This document shows positions 38,160 to 48,848 of a DNA stretch of 64,000 bases, one piece after another. Made by a program: the position numbers and the translations under genes. This DNA is from Eledone cirrhosa (taxonomy: Eukaryota), in assembly GCA_964016885.1 (NCBI GenBank), contig OZ024741.1, positions 205,530,001 through 205,594,000 on the forward strand, read 5' to 3'. The notes beneath the pieces were generated by a model. It did no database searches. It was not told where the DNA came from and saw nothing but the letters and a program-made list of their open reading frames with translations. Numbering within the stretch: position 1 is the stretch's first letter; each line of letters begins with the position of its first letter.

Positions 38160-40445
38160 ATGAGGGTGTTAAAGTTTGCTTGAAGCATTGTGAAAGGTGT
38201 AAAATATGTAGTTTAGAAAGCCACAACAATGCAGATGGGAAATCTCGAGGTAGGAAGTGAGTGAGAAATAGGAGAAAAGTGAAAATTGAGAGAAACGAAA
38301 ATGAAAACAAAGCAAAGGTAGAAGGGTTACCGTAGTGGAGATTTAATCCCAATATTTCGGGCTCACGCCCATCAACGGGGGAAAGTTCCAAAAGGGGGGG
38401 AACAGGCTAAGCCGGAGAAAGTTGTATTGTCGTTAAAACATAGGAATGCCGTTATGGGGAAAATTCAAACGAGGGAAAGAATACGCGTGCGCGTGATAGG
38501 CTGTGGCAAAAGCTACTGACCAATTGGGTTAAATCAATAGGGTGCGCTAGCGTGTGAAAGCCGTAAAATATGTGTGTGTAAATATATATGTGTGTGTAAC
38601 TGTGTGTGTATATGTGTATGTGTGTATGTATGTGAGTGTGTGTGTGTGAAAGATAGTGGGCCGTAGAAGCTAGAAATCAAAGGGTGTGAAAGGTGGTAGG
38701 TTGTATAAAGGTGGCGTGTATAAATATAGATGTGTGTGTGTATGGGTATACATATAAGTGCGTGTGTGTGAAAGATAGTAGGCCGTAGGGGCTGTTATTG
38801 GTCACTATGGTTAAATTAGCCATGTCAGCTCATTTCTCTCAGCCCGGTTGTTAAGTGGGGGTCTGAGGTTCTTAATAACAAGTGCTTCCTTTATCCTTAA
38901 GGATCCGATGCTGCGTTCAGTCGCTAGGACTGTGACCAAGGGTCTGCCCTGTGGGTTTCCGCATTTAAGGATGTGTTTACGGAAGGAAGATGCGTTGGTG
39001 TTGACATGTTCCTTGATACGAACATGTAGGGGTCGGATGGTGCTACCTATGTAAAACTTGTTACATTTATCGCATTGAATCTTATATACGACATAGGTGC
39101 GTAGGCAATCTTCCCCCCGTATCGGGCAGTTGCTGAGGGAACACGTCCCATCTGACTCGTCGGGTTTGTTGGAGAGGCATCTTCGGAGCGAAGGTCCTGT
39201 GTGGGCCAAATGTATGTCAAGTCCCCCCCCCCTCCGTATGGCCCTGCGGATGGCGTTCGTGGTATATTCACTCAGGTGGGGGATTTTAAAGAAGCACCTG
39301 CTTTTATCTAAGTTTCTAGTGGGTGTCTGTCTATTGGGTCTGGGGTCTCTAATTCCGTTAATCAGTCGCTTGGGATATCCATTAGACTTGAGTAGATTAC
39401 GGAATTGCGTGGTATGGGTGAGACCACCCATCGGGTCGCTGCATCTATTAGTGATCCGTGTAAGTTCATTTAGGACATAGCCTCTCTTAGCGTTGTTGGG
39501 GAGGGCTGAGTTGTAATGCACAAATAAGTCCTTGCACGCTGCCTTGCGGTAGAAGGTGGTGTTTATGTCTCCTTCCTCCGAGATGTTGATACGGAAGTCG
39601 AGGAGGGCGAGTGACCCGTCTTCTCCAGGGTGTTCAATGGTGAAATCGACGTGATGGTCAGTGTCGTTGAAGATTTGGTGAATTTCATTCGCCATCTCCC
39701 GGGAAGAAGTGAGTATCAGTATGTCATCAACGTATCTGGAGTAGAAGGCGACGGCGTTGGGTTGGCAGGTGTTGAGTGCCTTGTGTTCCAGGTGGTCCAT
39801 GTACGAGATCGCAAGTATGCCGGACAGACTAGAGCCCATAGGTAGCCCAGAGATCTGTTTGTACGTGTGGCCGAGGAAATTGAAGAATGCATTATCCACA
39901 ACGAAGGAGAGGAGTTGGTGGATGTCCGTGTGTGTGAGTCCGAAGCTGTGTAAGTTAGATGCTCGGACTCGTTCGGTCAACAGGTCGACAGCTGGGGATG
40001 CTGGTACGGAGGTATAAAGGGCGACCACATCGAGGCTGAAGGCATATCCGTTGTCCTTTCTGGTGTTGGGCGCCAGATGGTGTAGTCGCTCCAAGACCTC
40101 CTTTGAGCTACAGACGTGGGCTGGTAGTGTGCGTAGAATGGGTTTCAGTAGTGTGGAGAGCAGCCACGATATTTTGTAAAGTGGGCCCTCCACGCTAGAG
40201 ACAATGGGCCTGATTTTCAAATCGGGTCCTTGTTTATGGGTTTTCACCAGGTGGTAGAAGGTGGGTAGTTTGCTGTTTCGAGTCATTATGTTTTATTTTT
40301 ATTTTTTTTTTTTTACCTTCTTTGGCAGTTTTCGTTGAACACAGATGTTAGTCCATATGGTGTTAATGCCTTCCTCGATTAGAGTCGAGGAGGTCCCTGT
40401 GACTTTCGAGTAGAGGCTGTCGTCATTAAGATGTTGGAGAGCTAA
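38160..40445 (-). mobile_element. Penelope-like element (second lineage), 5'-truncated, flanked by (TA)n
   Basis: RT-GIY-YIG ORF; more coding sequence upstream at 40315-40445; downstream pLTR with a decayed hammerhead at ~38348-38382. Confidence 0.88.
38811..40286 (-). CDS. PLE reverse transcriptase + GIY-YIG endonuclease (491 aa, N-truncated)
   Basis: KTHK, IRPIVS, SLDVVALYTSVP, YKQISGLPMGS, RYVDD, LLDF, VVYKIQCDKC..FYIGST.RPLHVRIKEH, LRIKEA...PPLN. Confidence 0.9.
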   Translation of the reverse strand: MTRNSKLPTFYHLVKTHKQGPDLKIRPIVSSVEGPLYKISWLLSTLLKPILRTLPAHVCSSKEVLERLHHLAPNTRKDNGYAFSLDVVALYTSVPASPAVDLLTERVRASNLHSFGLTHTDIHQLLSFVVDNAFFNFLGHTYKQISGLPMGSSLSGILAISYMDHLEHKALNTCQPNAVAFYSRYVDDILILTSSREMANEIHQIFNDTDHHVDFTIEHPGEDGSLALLDFRINISEEGDINTTFYRKAACKDLFVHYNSALPNNAKRGYVLNELTRITNRCSDPMGGLTHTTQFRNLLKSNGYPKRLINGIRDPRPNRQTPTRNLDKSRCFFKIPHLSEYTTNAIRRAIRRGGGLDIHLAHTGPSLRRCLSNKPDESDGTCSLSNCPIRGEDCLRTYVVYKIQCDKCNKFYIGSTIRPLHVRIKEHVNTNASSFRKHILKCGNPQGRPLVTVLATERSIGSLRIKEALVIKNLRPPLNNRAERNELTWLI

Positions 40446-40452
40446 TATATAT

Positions 40453-40551
<99 letters not shown>

Positions 40552-40727
40552 AACATATATATATATATACACACACATATATATATATATATATCTTAAG
40601 GTTTGTTGGTTCACCACTGGATAGAACTGATAAATCCTGGTGTAATATTGTGAAGAGTACTCAACGCAGTGCAGTTCACCCATCTTCGTTTGTGTTGTTG
40701 GTGGTGCGAATACGGAGTTAATTATAA

Positions 40728-40793
40728 ATGAAATAACAGGAGGCTGGACTGGTGTAAATCCTTTCAAGGATTTACACCAGTCCAACCTCCTGT

Positions 40794-40801
<8 letters not shown>
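40728..40801. repeat. ~35-bp-arm hairpin abutting (TA)n
   Basis: ATGAAATAACAGGAGG.TGGACTGGTGTAAATCCTT and its reverse complement. Confidence 0.85.
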
Positions 40802-40840
<39 letters not shown>

Positions 40841-40844
<4 letters not shown>

Positions 40845-41190
40845 GAATTTGCAACTTTGTCTGATTTACTCGTTTTATTTACAATCCTTTAAAATTTATA
40901 ATGGTATTAGAAAGAAATAGTATGGTAGAATATTAAATGTTAAGTGTTAATTGAACAAGTACTTTCATACTTTCGCAATCTTTTATATAATTTTCAACTG
41001 TCACAGTTGAAAATTGCAAACTTGACTGTCACCACAGAATATGAACCTGAAGATTGCGAAAGTATGAAAGTACTTGTTCAATTAACACTTAACAATTAAT
41101 ATTCTACCATACTATTTCATTCTAATACCATTATAAATTTTAAAGGATTGTAAATAAAACGAGTAAATCAGACAAAGTTGGAATTCTTTT
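40841..41190. repeat. Fold-back element with ~140-bp inverted arms
   Basis: 40841-40983 vs 41050-41190. Confidence 0.88.
41042..41080 (+). ncRNA. Hammerhead motif essentially lacking stem II
   Basis: ugaac CUGAAGA uugc GAAA gua-ugaaag-uac UU guuca. Confidence 0.62.
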
Positions 41191-41232
41191 TATTAATATA
41201 ATCTTCTATACACAATCATATACACCCGTGTA

Positions 41233-41380
<148 letters not shown>

Positions 41381-41389
41381 AGTGTATAT

Positions 41390-41575
41390 ATGTGGTTGAT
41401 GCTTTTATACTTACGTAAGAATGTAATTGAATGTACGTATAAATGCGTGCATGTATTTTTATGTGTGTGTACATTATGTCTATTCAAATAAGCGTGTACA
41501 TGTATATATATTCCGTTACAAGATGTTACTTTAACTCAGCCTCACTTTCATTTTTAATTTCTGTGTTCATCTCTC
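41390..41575. repeat. ~190-bp dispersed repeat (inverted copy 43065-43250, partial copy ~31320-31400)
   Basis: Direct sequence comparison. Confidence 0.75.
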
Positions 41576-41926
41576 TCTCTCTCTCTATATATATATATAA
41601 ACAGGATGTGTGTCCCCATTATACTAGCCCAAGAAACCCACAATGCTTTGCATTCAATAGCCTGTCATTCGGAGATCGTCTGCAACAAATGTAACACCTA
41701 GATCGCAGACCATTCCCAAATCAAATATGTTTTCTATTTTTCTGTTTATATTTTTTCTGTTTGTGTATGCCATAATTCCTTTATTGATTAACAAACTATG
41801 CAATCCTAACCTGATGATGATGCCAAGATCTTATATAACCAGGCCATTGGAATATGTACAGTGTTTTTGCAACAATAAAACTTTAAAAGAACATCACCAG
41901 TCCGGCCTCCTGTTGTTTTCATCAAA

Positions 41927-42042
<116 letters not shown>

Positions 42043-42047
42043 TATAG

Positions 42048-42093
42048 TCTAACAAAGTTCTTTCGTTGCACATCTACAACATCGTCAGTGGTG
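42048..42093 (-). ncRNA. Hammerhead-like motif, stem I decayed
   Basis: Minus strand: CUGACGA u guugua-gaug-ugcaac GAAA gaac UU; core and stem II intact, stem I weak. Confidence 0.45.
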
Positions 42094-42305
42094 ATATTAT
42101 GTTTCCTCCTGTTGTATTGTATGTCTACGCCATCTTTCTATATTATATCTCTATTTTTGACCGTTGGTCAGTCAATGGTAAACATTGAGGACCGAATAAA
42201 TTAACTGATATAAAAGATACAGAAGCAAAAATCAACCAAACAGTGAGTGTGTTCTGTTATTAATTCTGGCAATATTATTACAACAATATGACCCTCCCCA
42301 AGTAT

Positions 42306-42375
<70 letters not shown>

Positions 42376-42378
<3 letters not shown>

Positions 42379-43017
42379 AGACGTAAGATAAGAAAATTAT
42401 AAAATTAACTTACTTACTAAAATATCACTTCCAACTAATTAGTTTCTGGAATGGAGTAGATACATCTTCCGAAGAAGGTGTAGAGAAACATCCCGTCATC
42501 AGGAAAGTCTATTCTCATATAAGTTTCCAGGCAAAGCGAGGACTCTGGAAGCTTATTAAAAATAAATCAGTGAATAGGAAATAGCAAAGCGTGGACTTAC
42601 TTCGATGTCACGTGTTCGATTCTTTTTGAATTTGCCACAGACACAGAGGCAGTGATTTTCTCAATGGCTAGGAAGTAAGTCCACGCTTTGCTATTTCCTA
42701 TTCACTGATTAATTTTTAATAAGCTTCCAGAGTCCTCGCTTTGCCTGGAAACTTATATGAGAATAGACTTTCCTGAAGACGGGATGTTTCTCTACACCTT
42801 CTTCGGAAGATGTATCTACTCCATTCCAGAAACTAATTAGTTGGAAGTGATATTTTAGTAAGTAAGTTAATTTTATAATTTTCTTATCTTACGTCTCTTA
42901 TATTATTGTTCTGCAACCCCATGCATTGAACCACAATGTTATTAAGACAAAACCTATATATTTGCTAGCATCGATATGCATTTGTATGTATATATATGTT
43001 ACTAGATATAAATTCTT

Positions 43018-43020
<3 letters not shown>
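42376..43020. mobile_element. Fold-back pLTR-like element, ~228-bp inverted arms each carrying a hammerhead
   Basis: 42376-42604 vs 42672-42900; (TA)n flanks. Confidence 0.88.
42767..42848 (+). ncRNA. Type I hammerhead with extended cUUCGg-capped stem II (mirror copy 42427-42508 on -)
   Basis: acuuuc CUGAAGA c gggaug...uacaccuucUUCGgaagaugua...cauucc a GAAA cuaauuag UU ggaagu. Confidence 0.72.
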
Positions 43021-43060
<40 letters not shown>

Positions 43061-43248
43061 CATAAAGAGAGATGAACTCAAAAATTAAAAATGAAAGTGA
43101 GGCTCAGTTAAAGTAACATCTTATAACGGAATATATATACATATACACGCACATTTGAATAAACATCATGTACACACACACATAAAAATACATGCACGCA
43201 TTTATACGTACATCCAATTACATTCTTACGTAAGTATAAAAGCATCAA

Positions 43249-43336
<88 letters not shown>

Positions 43337-43339
43337 TGC

Positions 43340-44340
43340 TATACTTTGGGAGGGTCATGTTGCCAATAAGAAACACACGCACCAGTTGCTTTCACTTCAA
43401 TTTATTATAAATTAAATTTTAAATAAAAAAAAAATTTACACATTTCCGGTTGGTTGGTTCCACAACCGGACGGTTGTTCATATATTGTCAAAGTTCTTTC
43501 GTCATACATTCTGTGACCTCATCAGTGACCGGGGATTCTTTTCTCTGTTTTGTGCCCGTCCTTTGTTCTGTCCTACGCCATCTTGTTTTTGTGTGTGTCG
43601 TGTGCTTAGTTTGCGCATGTGTTACATCCGGGTGTCTGTGTGTTTTTATTTCTTTATTTATTTGTTTATTTACATGTTACTAGTTAGTTGTTAGTTCTAT
43701 GTGTGTGTGTGTTTTCATTTTGTCCTTAATTGTAAGTTGTGATGTTGCTATTCCATTCATGTTTTCTATTTAATTTTGGTTGGAGTTCATTTATGTTTAT
43801 TGCCTCTGTGATTTGTCTAAACATTGCGTCTTTTCTGTGTGTAGATTTTATTTTTATTTCTATGTTCTCTAATTTGACCTTATGTTCTATTTTAGCATGT
43901 TGCTGATGATTTTCTATCCTGGTGTTCTCGCCAGTGTTCATTTAATCGTTCTCCTATGCTACGAGCTGTGAGGGTGGTAAGGCTGATGGTGTAAGAACAT
44001 GTGTTACAGTGGGGGCGAGAGCAGGTGCGGGAGCCAAATGGTGTCCTAGTGAAGGAAGAGAAGGTACTCTGCAAAAGTAGGCCACGGAGATTAAGGGAGC
44101 GCATAAAGGCAGTGATAGATGTATTAGGAAAAAAGCGAGAAGTGACGGTCAGAAACGAGTGTTCGGAAGTACAGAAGGATACAGCGCCGCAGGGATAGGG
44201 TTGAAAGGTAGTAGGGAAGGAGGGGGGAAAGGAGGGTGGGTATTTGGGGACGGTCATGGAGTAAGAAGACTGTTGTGCGGTTAGTATCATTGGTATGGGG
44301 TAAGGGCAACTTGGATCAATGTGGGAGATATCCACGCTGG
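43340..44340 (-). mobile_element. Decayed 3' fragment of a third PLE (GIY-YIG C-terminus + pLTR)
   Basis: CSRPHCNTC linker, TARSIGERLNEH, RQITEAININELQPKLNRKHE. Confidence 0.7.
43487..43529 (-). ncRNA. Minimal type I hammerhead in PLE pLTR
   Basis: Minus strand: guca CUGAUGA g guca-cagaaugua-ugac GAAA gaac UU ugac; ~200 nt downstream of the endonuclease stop on the same strand. Confidence 0.7.
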
Positions 44341-44480
44341 AAGCGACCCAAACCTATGTAGTCAAGAATAAGCATGCAGGAGAAAAAACAAGTTAACCTC
44401 ATAATAAATGTTTTGATAATCCAACAGGAACAAAGCAAGCTTTTCTAAACATCAATTTTTAAAAAAATGCTATAAAGATC

Positions 44481-44514
<34 letters not shown>

Positions 44515-44519
<5 letters not shown>

Positions 44520-45078
44520 TACATTTAGTCCTTCATCAGTTATCTTCCAGCCTTCATTAATATTTCATCGCTTTAAAGACTATATACCTCTTGTTGGTGC
44601 GAGCAACGGCTAAAGAAAGTCGTTGGGACACGTAAATAGAGGGAACGAGGGAGACAGTAAACAAACAAAGATGGTCTTTATTCTCTCTCGTCTACGATTT
44701 CACAGAACTTATGTTCATCGATTTCAGGGACTTGACTCCTTCTTCCTCACTTTTCGTTGCATTACCATCTTTGTTTGTTTACTGTCTCGCTCGTTCCCCC
44801 CTATTTACGTGTCCCAACGACTTTCTTTAGCCGTTGCTCGCACCAACCAGAGGTATATGGTCTTTAAAGCGATGAAATACCAATGAAGGCTGGGAGATCA
44901 CTGATGAAGGACTAAATTTATTCATATGTAACCCATATGCAACCACGCAGCACGCCATGTTTTCATATTTTTCATATATATATATATACCAGGTGCGCTT
45001 TTCAACGCCACTTTTTATTATCATTTTCCTTATATAACGTGATCTGTATAGAAGGTTTTCTAATGTCAACACTTTTTT

Positions 45079-45085
<7 letters not shown>
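44515..45085. repeat. Fold-back copy of a non-coding repeat family also at 47655-48848
   Basis: 44515-44675 is inverted relative to 44764-44925. Confidence 0.85.
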
Positions 45086-45126
<41 letters not shown>

Positions 45127-45127
<1 letters not shown>

Positions 45128-47580
45128 TGAAAAAAAAAAATATATATATATTTAAAAGTTAAACAAGTTTCAATGAATACATCAAAGAATGAGTTTTACA
45201 ATAGATTGGAAGCACTCAACTGTAAAGGTTTTTCAGAGTTATTAATATTAATTGAAAATATTAACAAAATAGATATTCTTGTGATCAAGTATATTTTATT
45301 ATACATATTTCAGAGGTACTGAGTTAAGTTCAACAGTACGTCCTCATCAGATAAAATAAGATGATGCATGACATACCCTGACATAGTAGCTAGTTAAGAT
45401 TCAGTCATGGTAGTGATTATCATATGACAAAACTCAATATGTATACCCTAATATTGAGAACATGAGATAACATAATACAAACAATAGAGAGGGTGCGTGT
45501 AATACAGCTTAAAAAATACATGGCATCAATATAACAGTTAAAATTTTTTTTAAAAACTACTGAAGAAAGAGGAGGGAAAGGAAAGCATAGAGGAAGAAAC
45601 AGCTAATGTGATAATATATTTAGTAGGTGGCTCGAAAAAACAAATGAATGATGATTAAAGAGAGAGAGAGTCAAAGGGGAGTAATTTATGTTCAAGTTTA
45701 TAGACAATTTTCCATATATGCAACATATAGCCAAAATTAATATAGTTGGCCGTTAATATTCAAAATATTTAATTTAAGTTATTTCAGAGTAAGGAATAAT
45801 ATTTAAGGTTTTAAATGTTAATAGGTATTTGTATTAATATTATAATTATACTATCAAGTTTAATTTCTAAAATTCAAATTTTATGAAAACAAATTTAAAG
45901 GATTTCTAGACACGAGAAAGAAAATACCTCACGAAGGTAATCTTTACCAAAATTATTTATAATATTGACAACAGTTTATATAATATAATTTATAAAATAA
46001 TTATAGTTATAATTATTAAAGAATTTATGGTTAAATAGTTTGAGTGCCTAAAGGATCAACCGGCCTTATAACTAAACTTAAAAAAGTCTGAATTTTCAAT
46101 TATATATATGTGTTGATCAAAAAATATACAAGGATTATAATTTATTATTTGTTTATAATTGAGGTGATACCTTTCAAAACTTATATAATATAATACAATA
46201 ATACAATATAGTAAATAAGTTACTGAAAATATTGTTAAAAAATATATATAGTTAAAAAATATTGTTAAAAAAATATTGTTAAAAAATTAATGTTTTATAT
46301 CAATTATTTTCATTTAGTTGATATATACTATAAACATATAAGTCAAAACTACATGAGTCCTAATAATGGGGGCTAGATACAAAATAAATATACAAATAAA
46401 AGATAATGAATTGTTTGCGAAACTTAAAGATGCCCAATATTAAAAATATATTATAAATGTAATAAGGTTTTTAATATAGTAGACAAAAGATACATCTAAA
46501 ATATTTTAGCGAATGTGATAGAAAGAAGAGCTAAATATTTGAAAAAGCTGAAGGTAATCTAAATTTAATTAAAATAAATTAAATTAAATTAAATTATATT
46601 ATATTAAGTAAAATTTATTATATAAATTCGATCTTCCAGGGAATATCAAACACTTATAACAATATAGAGTCATTTGAGTGTCTAAATTATTTATAAATGT
46701 AACTACGAGTATGTTATTACACTAGATAAACATATTTGTACAACTATATAGAGATATTATTATAGGTATTAATGAAACGGTATACATTTAATAAATAAAT
46801 AATTATAATCATTATTAATAATGCTATAATTGTAGTTTTACCTCCAGTTCAGTGGAGAGAGAGACCAATATTTGTCGACTATTATAGTTTGTTATATTTA
46901 TACCTAGATATATATAAAAAATAAATAAATGCAAATCTAACTTTCTGAGTCCACAAAACATACTCAAAATGAGTAAAATATGTAAAATATACAAACGCAT
47001 GAATGATCTACAGTCCAATTATAATCAGTAAATTTACAAGTTAAATATCCAAATTATATATTTAAAACAGAGACAGATAAATAAAGATCTGAATCAAAAT
47101 TATAAATATCTAAAAAAATCATAAGGCATGCATATTTATCAAGTAAACAAGTTATCAAAAGAGTATCCTTCATTCTAAACATTAATTCTATCATAAATGA
47201 AGATAAAGCATTATTAAAGTTATATAAACCGTTATGACTTTTATCTCATGTTCTCAATATTAGGGTATAAATATTGAGTTTTGTCATATGATAACCACTA
47301 CCATGACTGAATCTTAACTAGCTACTATGTCAGGGTATGTCATGCATCATCTTATTTTATCTGATGAGGACGTACTGTTGAACTTAACTCAGTACCTCTG
47401 AAATATGTATAATAAAATATACTTGATCACAAGAATATCTATTTTGTTAATATTTTGAATTAATATTAATAACTCTGGAAAACCTTTACAGTTGAGTGCT
47501 TCCAATCTATTGTAAAACACATTCTTTGATGTATTCATTGAAACTTGTTTAACTTTTAAATATATATATATATATTTTTT

Positions 47581-47585
<5 letters not shown>
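45127..47585. mobile_element. AT-rich element with ~345-bp inverted termini containing hammerheads
   Basis: 45127-45470 vs 47241-47585; interior has no credible ORF; (TA)n flanks. Confidence 0.8.
47353..47419 (+). ncRNA. Type I hammerhead (mirror copy 45292-45358 on -)
   Basis: uauuuuau CUGAUGA gga-c-guacug...caguac-c-ucu GAAA ua-ug-ua UA auaaaaua; 8-bp stem I. Confidence 0.75.
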
Positions 47586-47654
<69 letters not shown>

Positions 47655-47658
<4 letters not shown>

Positions 47659-48848
47659 AAAAAAGTGTTGACATTAGAAAACCTTCTATACAGATCACGT
47701 TATATAAGGAAAATGATAATAAAAAGTGGCGTTGAAAAGCGCACCTGGTATATATATATATATGAAAAATATGAAAACATGGCGTGCTGCGTGGTTACAA
47801 ATGGGTTACATATGAATAAATTTAGTCCTTCATAAGTGATCTTCCAGCCTTCATCGCTGTAAAGACCATATACCTCTGGTTGGTGCGAGCAACGGCTAAG
47901 AAAGTCGTTGGGATACGTAAATAGGGAGAACGAGCGAGACAGTAAACAAACAAAGATGGTAATGCAACGAAACGTGAGGAAGAAGGAGTCAAGTCCCTGA
48001 AATCAATGAACATAAGTTCTGTGAAATCGTGGACGAAAGAGAATAAAGACCATCAAACCTGGTCGAAATGTGTGTAAGGAAAGAATTTCGCATAGGTCAA
48101 ACGGGAGGAAGAAGGAGTCAAGTCCCTGAAATCGATGAACATAAGTTCTGTGAAATCGTAGACGAGAGAGAATAAAGACCATCCGACCTTGTCGAAGTGT
48201 GAGTGAGGAAAGAATCTCGCACAGGTCAAACGGGATGAAGTAGGAGAGGAAGTAGCAGAGAGTGAGTGAGTGAAAGTGTGAGGAAGAGGCTAACAGAGAG
48301 AGTGACTGGTAGAGGGGGTAAAAGGAAGTGAGAGATACAGAGAAAAGGGGAAGCAGTAAGAAAGAAACAGACGGGTCACAGCAGGGGAAAATATATATGA
48401 AAAATATGAAAACATGGCGTGCTGCGTGGTTGCAAATGGGTTACATATGAATAAATTTAGTCCTTCATCAGTCATCTTCCAGCCTTCATTGGTATTTCAT
48501 CGCTTTAAAGACCATATACCTCTGGTTGGTGCGAGTAACGACTAAAGAAAGTCGTTGGGACACGTAAATAGAAGGAACGAGTGAGTCAGTAAAAAACAAA
48601 GATGGTAATGCAACGAAAAGTGAGGAAGGAGTCAAGCCCCTAAAAATCGATGAACATAAGTTCAGTGAAATCGTGGACGAGAGAGAATAAAGACCATCAA
48701 ACCTGGTCGAAATGTGAGCAAGGAAAGAATTTCGCACAGGTCAAACGGGAGGAAAGAGTGAAGTCCCTGAAATCGATAAACATAAGTTCTGTGAAATCGT
48801 AGACCTGAAATCGTAGACGAAATCGTAGACGAGAGATAATAAAGACCA
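47655..48848. repeat. ~630-bp tandem duplication with internal ~130-bp sub-repeats
   Basis: ATGAAAAATATGAAAACATGGCGTG recurs near 47762 and 48397; GTCCCTGAAATCGATGAACATAAGTTC-like block occurs four times. Confidence 0.8.

Noticed and set aside
44860-44930. CTGATGA in repeat family A as a hammerhead
   Set aside because: No downstream GAAA/UH with a closing stem I; a permuted (type II) fold did not give convincing stems.
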